Notes under the pieces: model-generated
Told to the model about the DNA's origin: nothing
What the model saw: only the letters and a program-made list of their open reading frames with translations
The model's database searches: none
NCBI RefSeq assembly: GCF_001194135.2
Contig: NC_068994.1
Span: forward strand, 42,398,343-42,443,514
Source of the DNA: Octopus bimaculoides
Taxonomy: Eukaryota
Length of the DNA stretch: 45,172 nucleotides
Direction of reading: 5' to 3'
Position numbers and translations under genes: made by a program
Part shown: positions 36,151 through 45,172 of the stretch, in pieces
Position numbering within the stretch: position 1 is the first letter of the stretch
Layout: each line of letters starts with the position of its first letter

Positions 36151-37054
36151 TCTTCTCAGCAATGAATAACCCACAACAATTTGTTCCATTGCTAAATGGT
36201 CTGCCCCACTTGATGATTTTCTGTTCTATGTTCAAATCTGTTTCCTGTTCTCTAAAATACCAGATATGACTAAACAATTTTCTTATATTAATCTTCCTAG
36301 ATTTCTGAAAGTTGTTTGAAGTATCAATTTTTAAACTTGCCAGCCACCAGATCTAAAGAGTATTTACACATAATAATATGACTTTTTTTTGTTAGAGGTG
36401 CTACTTGCTTCTTATATAACCACTTTGGTATTGCATGAAAGGTTGTGGAAGAAAGCATTTGGGATTCTGCATGTTCAGTTAGTAGTATGGCTATAACTTA
36501 GTTTAAGATTATTTCTATTAAATACTTTTCTGTAGTGGTTGAGTACTCTTATTAGTTAAGGCTTGGAAATTTTTACTAATATTAGACTTAAGAATTAATG
36601 ATTTGTGAATATATTGAATCTTATTTTGGCATGAACTAATTTTAAATACTTTATTGTATGTGTATGTGTGTATGTATGTGAATATGTCACAGAATGGTTC
36701 AAAATGGGGTATCCTTAAGAAAAATGGATATGATTTTTGATATCTGCATCCCATTGACAAGATATTCGGTTGTCACTTTTCAAGACTACCTCTATAGATT
36801 TTCTATTGAGATTATAGCCAGCACTAACTACTCTTTTAAAACGTTTCATATCTGAATACATCTAATGTAAACAAAGTGATAGAAGGTGGGAAAATAGGTA
36901 ATGCGTGTATAAGTATATTTCAGAAGTTTTTGCTCCTTCTTAAACACCACATCTACTGCATTAACCATTCATGAGCTCATACCTTAAATGACCACAAAGT
37001 ATAATGGTGTAACATTATTGGATATAACAATATACATTTTAAACATATTCCTAT

Positions 37055-37107
<53 letters not shown>

Positions 37108-38477
37108 NNNNNNNNNNNNNNNNNNNNNNNNNNNNNNNNNNNNNNNNNNNNNNNNNNNNNNNNNNNNNNNNNNNNNNNNNNNNNNNNNNNNNNNNNNNNN
37201 NNNNNNNNNNNNNNNNNNNNNNNNNNNNNNNNNNNNNNNNNNNNNNNNNNNNNNNNNNNNNNNNNNNNNNNNNNNNNNNNNNNNNNNNNNNNNNNNNNNN
37301 NNNNNNNNNNNNNNNNNNNNNNNNNNNNNNNNNNNNNNNNNNNNNNNNNNNNNNNNNNNNNNNNNNNNNNNNNNNNNNNNNNNNNNNNNNNNNNNNNNNN
37401 NNNNNNNNNNNNNNNNNNNNNNNNNNNNNNNNNNNNNNNNNNNNNNNNNNNNNNNNNNNNNNNNNNNNNNNNNNNNNNNNNNNNNNNNNNNNNNNNNNNN
37501 NNNNNNNNNNNNNNNNNNNNNNNNNNNNNNNNNNNNNNNNNNNNNNGAGCAGATATCGCCAAGCTTTTGGCAAAATTTAATGCAGATTCTCTGCTCAACT
37601 TTCTGTCATGGTCAATGTGATGATCACATGCTACACACTTTCCTTCCAAGCACTGCTGTAAACAGCAAAAGTAAGCTAGAATGTTAAAACACAGTGTGCT
37701 TACGCAGCAGAGTTCAAGGCTAATCTGTACCAAGCAGCTTTATTCTACATGCTCTAGCTTTGTTACTATAGCAACAGTCCGGATATTTATTGATCAGACC
37801 ATGTATTGCCACATGATTGTTTGGCATAGGCTATGTTAGAAATTTACATTTATAATCCATTATTACATATGGCTTATATCATTATACACACATAGACAAC
37901 ACACGCACTCACATACATATATAGATACATGCATATATGCATATTTATATATACACATACACATATGTATATTAATATATTTTAAAACAATGACTGAAAT
38001 TATTGGTATTATTTTTAATGTTGTAGTTACACTTGTTTCAATACAGCATTGAAAATACATTTTGTGAACATAGATTTAGATAATATGATTATGTGTGTGT
38101 GTGTGTGTGTGTGTGTGTTTATGAATGCATGTATGTGTGTAAGCATGTAGTTTTGCATATATGTAACTCATCAGAACTGAAGCTTCTGAAATCATTACCC
38201 TGAATTTCTTATTGCCAATCTTTGAATAGATAATGAAATATAAAAAAATAGATAATGAAATTTGGTGTGTTATATGTTCATTAGAGACGAAATTTCACAT
38301 TCTATTTCACATACATTTGTGAGACCAGTAATGAGAAACTTAAAGTAATGGTGTGTAAAGTTTCAGCTTCTGATAAATCATAACACTTTACTTTCAATAT
38401 TGCGAACCCTTTTCCTTTCCTCTAACTTACACTTATGTGCTTCATGTTTACATGTTGACTACGCATGCATACATTTG

Positions 38478-38508
<31 letters not shown>

Positions 38509-38897
38509 ATATGTGTGTGTATATATATATATATATACACACACACACATATATATNNNNNNNNNNNNNNNNNNNNNNNNNNNNNNNNNNNNNNNNNNNN
38601 NNNNNNNNNNNNNNNNNNNNNNNNNNNNNNNNNNNNNNNNNNNNNNNNNNNNNNNNNNNNNNNNNNNNNNNNNNNNNNNNNNNNNNNNNNNNNNNNNNNN
38701 NNNNNNNNNNNNNNNNNNNNNNNNNNNNNNNNNNNNNNNNNNNNNNNNNNNNNNNNNNNNNNNNNNNNNNNNNNNNNNNNNNNNNNNNNNNNNNNNNNNN
38801 NNNNNNNNNNNNNNNNNNNNNNNNNNNNNNNNNNNNNNNNNNNNNNNNNNNNNNNNNNNNNNNNNNNTATGTATGTATGTATGTATATATGTGTGTG

Positions 38898-38929
<32 letters not shown>

Positions 38930-39163
38930 TGCACATCACCATTTACTAACATCACATTAATACACACACATATACATACGTACATACATACATAACTAAT
39001 CGATCAGCTCTGTCCCATTCTTCTGAATTTTAAATTAAGACTGCTATCTTCTTTTTTGGAGGTTAATTGAGTTATTAATATCAATAAACTCTGGATATAC
39101 GATTATTTACTTCTTTGTTATAAGTATTAATAGTATTGTTGTTTTTATCGATTATCATTCCTA

Positions 39164-39201
<38 letters not shown>

Positions 39202-39951
39202 TAAGAATAATTATTTTTATTGTTATTTTGTTTGTCATAAACGTTGCTATTGTTCTTCTACTTTCCTTTCCTCTCCTCATCTTTCTCATCAAAGAGTCTC
39301 TTTAATTCTAGATACCATAATTTTATTTGTCATAGTGGATATTTTTTTCTCTTTCATCTTTAGTATTTTTTTATTCCTTTCTCTTATTTCTGTTGTGTAT
39401 TTTTTTCTCTTTCTTCATATTTATTCTTTTCTGTTATTTGTTATCCCAAAAAATTACCTTTTCAAAGTTGTAAAAGGCTGCCTTTGATTAGAGGTATTTT
39501 ATGCCATGCATGGCTGAATCTATTGCAAGTTCACTGTCATGGTCCAGAGCACAATGTTTGCCATAGATGCCTCTTACAGCAACTATTGTTTAGGGTCTGG
39601 CTTCACTTACATTGCTTGTTTGGTGTTGGTGTTTGTGGCGTTACTGGTAATTGTGGTGAAGATAATGGAGACAGAATTGTTTTGTTTTACATTTATCTGT
39701 GTTATTTATTTCTTGTATATATGTGTGTGTGTTAGTGTGTGTGTGTATGTATGTATGTATATGTATATAAATATATATATATATATNNNNNNNNNNNNNN
39801 NNNNNNNNNNNNNNNNNNNNNNNNNNNNNNNNNNNNNNNNNNNNNNNNNNNNNNNNNNNNNNATATATACACATATATGTATATACACATATACACATAT
39901 ATTCATACATATATTTTAATATACACACAGAAAAAACATACATATAACACA

Positions 39952-39991
<40 letters not shown>

Positions 39992-41920
39992 AGTATGAAT
40001 ATTATATAGACAGGTATATATATATATATGCGTATGTGTGTATGTATGCATGTGTGTGTATTGTTTTATTATTGATTTGGTATATTTATAAATTGATAAT
40101 CAATATGATGACAAATGACTGTGGACGGTGTGAGCAACAAGCTTCCTGCTGACAGCTGAGTGTTACTTGCTCATACATAATCAAAAGGACATACAAACAT
40201 GCACACAGAAATACAGAATATATGAAGACTTAAATGTATATGTGTATGCGTGTATGTCAAGCTGTATAAAAGTGTTTGTGTTGGTGAGTATTTGTATATA
40301 TATATTAGGAAATTAATGGACATATATCTATATGTTTGTTTTATGAATCTGTAAGTCCGTCTGTTTATCTATCTGTCTGTCTGTCTGTCTCTCTGTTTGT
40401 CTGTCTATCTGTCTGGCTATCTATCCACATACATACAAACACTCACATCTATATGATCACCCACATCTTCATAATTTAATGCCCATTCTCCATGCTATGT
40501 ATATATATATATATATATATATATGCATTTCTATATATGCATACGTGTGTGTGTGTATATGTGTGAGTATGTGTGTGGAGACAGATAGATGTAATTTATT
40601 GTTTTTAGGTCAGTGATTGGACGATGGCCATACTGGAGTATAAATTCTAAGTGTTTTATACTGTTATATTGACTTAGTTGTTTTATTTTTATCGATCTCT
40701 TAATATGTAATGATTTACCCAGACTGGATTTAAAGTAAAATAACTAAACCATTCATTGATACTACACAATATTTTTGTCTAATGCCTAGATTCTAAAATT
40801 CTTTGTTGATGCACTCATATACACACATACATGTATGTATTGTATGCATATATATATATATATCTTTAATTCACAATATATGGATTCAACTAACCTCGTG
40901 GTGCTCATGAAAAGATTTCCTTAATGCATCATTCAACAAAGCATGGATTATAAAGATACATAGTATGATACAAGAGAAAATCACAAGGAGTGTTTAAAGT
41001 TCTATTTAAATATTGACTTTGCGTCCTTGAAATGTTATGTCAAGACTTTATTACTTAACACCGATTTGTTCTCCCACCTGATGAGATAGCTTAATATCTG
41101 TATTGATTAAAAAGATTATCTATATTAATGCAGACATATAAGTAATTTATTTATTATAAAATATATTAAAATAAATTATATTTGCATGCTTTAAGTTATG
41201 AAACAATTAGTTGATATACGATTTTTTTCAATGATTAAATAAATTTCATCATACTATTTATCATGTCAGTTATAACTTTATACATACACATGCACAAATA
41301 GCTATTTATATGTATATGTAAAAAGATATATATATATAAATCATATATATATATATTATGTACACACACAAACATTCATGCATATGTGCATACACTTTAC
41401 ATGTATACAATAAATTTATGCTTGTGCTTGTATAGTGGGTGAAAAGACACTAGTACATGCATGGCATTGATATGCATCAAATTAATACTCTGTCATACCA
41501 AATTCTTAAACTCCAACTTTTTAATCAGAGTAAATTGCTCCAGAAGCAGATGAATTGGTCAGACGAAATATATAGAGAGAGGGCAAAATTAGATAAACAA
41601 TTGCTTAATATGAGTAGTAGCTCAATCATTCATTTTAAGTCCCCAGAAACAAAAAAAGAGGGCTTCCAATGAACTAGGCATCTCTCATAGATCCCTTAGT
41701 CAGTTTATGAATTGCATAGGTTTAAAAATGAAGTAGAGAAATGAAAAGAACGTTCCACTCATATTAAGCGACTGTATACCTACTTTTGCCCATATCTATA
41801 TAGAGATCATTGTATATTTTTATGCAGGAGTAACAAGGTAGATGACAGAATAATGAAAGACATATCTTTGGAAGTGCGAAGCCATCAGACAATTTACTGA
41901 TTGTAAAAATAAGAAAGGGA

Positions 41921-42229
41921 CGAATTTGAACTCAGAACATAAATACAGATGAAATGCTTCTAAGCATTTTGCCCAGCATGCTAATTATTCTGCCAGCTCA
42001 CCACCTTAAAAATAATTCGTTTTACTGGAAGCACAAGGCCTCAGATTTGGGGAAAGGGATTAAATTGATTACATTGACCCCAGTGTATAACTGGTACTCA
42101 TTTAATTGACCCCCAAAAGGATGAAAGGCAAAGTCAACCTTGGTGGAATTTGAACTCAGAACATGAAGACGGATGAAATACCACAAAGAATTTTGTCCAG
42201 CACGCTAACGATTCTACCAGCTCACCACC
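41921..42229 (-). mobile_element. Two tandem SINE family B copies (partial + near full)
   Basis: GAATTTGAACTCAGAACAT...GCCAGCTCACCACC occurs at 41921-42005 and again at ~42146-42229. Confidence 0.9.
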
Positions 42230-42235
42230 TTAAAA

Positions 42236-42810
42236 ATGATAATGATAATGAGAATGATGGTAATAATGTTGTTGCTGTTGGTTATGAATATGTTAAGGTG
42301 GTTATTGTGTTTATGTTGAATATAATGGTGATGATGATGACGATGATGACGATGATGAAGGGAAGACAGAGATGATGTGATGATGGTGATCAGAAGAACA
42401 ATAGCAACTATGCAACAATGATGATGATGTTGATAATGATGATGATGACGATGACGACGACGAGGATGAGATGGTGACGAAAATGTTGTTGTTGTTGATT
42501 ATGAAGATGTTAAGTTGTTTATGTTGAGTACGATGATGATGAAGAGGAGAGAAGACAGAGATGATGGCGATCGTGATAACGATAACGAGGGTGATAACAA
42601 CTATGCAACAATGATGATGATAATGAAGACGATGATGATGATGCTGATGATGATGGTGGTGGTGGTGGTGGTGGTGATGGTGATGGTGATGGTGATGGTG
42701 ATGGTGATGATGATGAAGTTGTTGTTGATTATGAAGACGTTATTGACGCTGATAATTCACTCATTAGAATGTAGATGATGAAAAATGGTGAAGATGAGAA
42801 TGATGGAGAA
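42236..42810. repeat. Degenerate (GAT)n tract with a ~190-bp higher-order duplication
   Basis: GAAGACAGAGATGATG at 42362 and 42551; AACTATGCAACAATGATGATGAT at 42406 and 42599. Confidence 0.85.
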
Positions 42811-42979
42811 AAAAAAAAAAAAAAGAATGGTTGGCATTGGAGAATTTCTTGCAGATACTAACACTGATAATTTTTTTTAAGAATATCTATTGGTGAAAAT
42901 AGTTTATTTTTCATATTCTCTTAAGAATGGTTACACAATGGAAAACAAAAAACAAACAAAAAAAAAAATCATCTGCAAT

Positions 42980-43847
42980 GAACTCATCATCAGCGGAAAG
43001 ATTAACAGCAGCATCAGTATCTATATCAATCTATTGACATTGTCATCGCTACTTCCAGCAGTGGCAGCAGCAACGGCGTCATTGTCATCGTTATCATTGG
43101 CTTTATTAATATGGTCATCATCATCATGAACGCCATCGTTGTCATCACCATCGTTAATATCATCATCGTTAGCATCATCATTGTCATCACTGTTACCTGC
43201 ATCGTCATCAACATGAGCATAATCAGGATCACTATCATAATTGTCATCATAGTCATTGTCATCAACAATAAGACCATTATTGTCATAGTTATCATCATCA
43301 GCATTGTCGATGTCATCGTCATCATATTCTTTATCATCTTCATTATCATCACTGTCATCATCGACATCATCATCACTGTCATCATCATAATCATCATCAT
43401 CCTCAATGCCATCATCATCATTATCATCATCCTCCTCCTCATTGCCATCATCGTCGTCATCATCATCATTATCATCAACACCATCATAATCTTCTTCTTC
43501 ATCATCATCATCATCTTCAGCAGCAGCAGCAACAACAACAACATCATTAACAACAAAATTATCATCATTATCATCATCACCTTCATCATCATCGTCAACA
43601 TCGTCATCATTACTGTCATCTTCACCATCTTCATCATCATCATCAACATCAAATGAAAGCATTAACAACAGTAACATTATCGGTTTCATGACAATCATCA
43701 TCATCAACAACAATATCAAAGACCACATTGACAACATCAACAAAATAATCCTTCTCCTTCTCTTCCTCTTCATCACCATCATCGTCATCATTGTTGTCGT
43801 CCTCCTGCTCATCATCATCATCATCATCGTCATCATTATTGCCACCT
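42980..43847. repeat. Long degenerate (ATC)n tract
   Basis: Source of the 274-aa poly-D, 208-aa poly-M and 181-aa poly-I ORFs. Confidence 0.9.
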
Positions 43848-44644
43848 AGCAATAGATTTCAGTTGTAGTCTTTGGGAACGTGGAAGGAGACGTGCATTTC
43901 ATTTTCTATCATCCAGATTATCACAGAGAAGGCAAGAAAGAGTTATAACAGCGAGGATGTACTTTGATTGAGGTAATTAATAAACTAAATGGATATAATA
44001 TCCAAGAATTGCTCTGATTAATTATTAAATTTAATTGTGAATCATTAATGGAAATATTTTAAATGCATAGATATAATAATTACATATGATTGCACAAGTC
44101 TGCATAATGTATCTGCCTATGTGTCTGTGAATTTTTATGCATATTTATGTAAATTGATGTATCTGTCTACCTAGCTACACACCCATGTATGTATATGTGT
44201 ATTCATGCATGTATGCATACATAAATGTGTGTCTAGATATATGTGAAAATATGGTATTTCTTTATGTATGTAAGCATTCTATGATATTTACATGTAATTA
44301 ACATGCATAAACACTTAAGTATGCAAACACACGTACATATACATATCCACACATGTACACACACAAATATATCAATAGATATAAGAGCGTGTATTAACAT
44401 GTTTGTAGTTTTAAGTGTGTAAACAAAAAGATATAATTAACAACATCAGGCACATCATCATTATCTTCATTAATATTATTATTCCCATCCATATGAGAGT
44501 GTCATGTTGACTACACCCTGTCACTTTACATAAGTTGGAGCATAACAAAGAGCCGACTGTGGGTAGGCCATCAAACTCATTAGCTTCGCTTATGTAAGAT
44601 GTATGTATAAATGTGCATGTGTATATATATATATATATATACAT

Positions 44645-44832
44645 GTGAATCGTTGGTGATTTTCTTCCTTCGTCTTCCCTTCGATTGGATTTTCATCTGT
44701 TTCTGAAGAAGAGCATCTGCTTAAAACATTAAACCATCTTTCTTTCCTTTCCAGAGTGTCTGCTAATACATTACATGTACTACGTACTCGCGTTTTGGGA
44801 TGTTTGTGTTTGTTCTTTTTGGATTTACTATA
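44645..44832 (+). mobile_element. Hammerhead-bearing Penelope-like non-autonomous element embedded in (TA)n
   Basis: Same family as 12751-12958; TA runs on both sides. Confidence 0.65.
44699..44734 (+). ncRNA. Degenerate minimal hammerhead motif
   Basis: GTTT-CTGAAGA-A-GAGC-ATCT-GCTT-AAAA-CA-TT-AAAC. Confidence 0.45.
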
Positions 44833-44838
44833 TAGACA

Positions 44839-44868
<30 letters not shown>

Positions 44869-44869
<1 letters not shown>

Positions 44870-45172
44870 GGTTAGTGAGAGCTGTGCGAGCCATGTACAG
44901 AGATGCTGCCAGTAAGGTGAGGGTTGGAAATGAGTACAGCAATGAATTCCGGGTAGAGGTAGGGGTCCACCAAGGTTCCGTCCTCAGCCCCCTATTATTT
45001 ACCATAGTCCTCCAGGCAATCACAGAGGAGTTCAAGACAGGTTGCCCCTGGGAGCTCCTCTATGCTGATGACCTTGCCCTAATTGCGGAGTCACTATCAG
45101 AACTAGAGGAGAAGTTTCAGGTGTGGAAGCAAGGTCTAGAATTGAAGGGCCTTAGAGTCAACCTAGCTAAAA
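44869..45172 (+). mobile_element. RTE-clade LINE reverse transcriptase, 5'-truncated at a (TA)n run, open frame to the window end
   Basis: WLVRAVRAMYRDAASKVRVGNEYSNEFRVEVGVHQGSVLSPLLFTIVLQAITEEFKTGCPWELLYADDLALIAESLSELEEKFQVWKQGLELKGLRVNLAK; QGSVLSP and YADD motifs; 101 codons with no stop. Confidence 0.95.

Noticed and set aside
37547-37676. Open frame EQISPSFWQNLMQILCSTFCHGQCDDHMLHTFLPSTAVNSK ending near a GTAAGC donor
   Set aside because: The 5' end is hidden in a gap and no motif is recognised, so it cannot be supported.
39560-39680. Minus-strand S/T-P-rich peptide LSPLSSPQLPVTPQTPTPNKQ ending at a GTAAGT donor
   Set aside because: There is an in-frame stop just upstream with no AG acceptor between it and the peptide.
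43021-43845. 274-aa Asp-rich ORF (and overlapping poly-M and poly-I ORFs) resembling an acidic biomineralisation protein
   Set aside because: It is open in several frames and on both strands because (ATC)n lacks stops; there is no signal peptide or splice context, and similar tracts recur throughout the window.
44526-44598. TTACATAAG...CTTATGTAA hairpin
   Set aside because: Only a 9-bp perfect stem with an irregular interior; compatible with chance in AT-rich DNA.

Overview
Eukaryotic, very AT- and microsatellite-rich draft-assembly window with nine N gaps. The repeat families match what I recall as octopus (Octopus sp.) SINEs and LINEs, so it is probably an intronic or intergenic octopus region; the taxon call is from recall, not a search. 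No intact host gene is recognisable. Almost all ORF-track entries are translations of (TA)n, (TG)n or (ATC)n repeats or of N runs. The real coding remnants are all from transposons: a restriction-like-endonuclease (RLE) LINE 3' end, a mariner transposase fragment, a mariner MITE, an L1/Tx1-type ORF2 fragment, a pogo/Tigger transposase split by a SINE, a decayed RTE-like C-terminus, and an uninterrupted RTE reverse-transcriptase segment running off the window end. About 25 copies or fragments of four SINE families are present. The most interesting signals are as follows. (1) Four minimal type-I hammerhead-ribozyme motifs of the Penelope-like-element kind. One sits in a composite tRNA-head + (AAT)n + hammerhead element whose inverted terminal copy starts exactly at the predicted self-cleavage site; the other three sit in ~190-bp elements embedded in (TA)n. 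(2) Two hairpins outside recognisable repeats (61-bp and 31-bp arms) whose mismatches become G.U pairs on the minus strand. (3) An RLE LINE flanked on both sides by (TACA)n. (4) A minus-strand two-exon candidate with strong splice signals.
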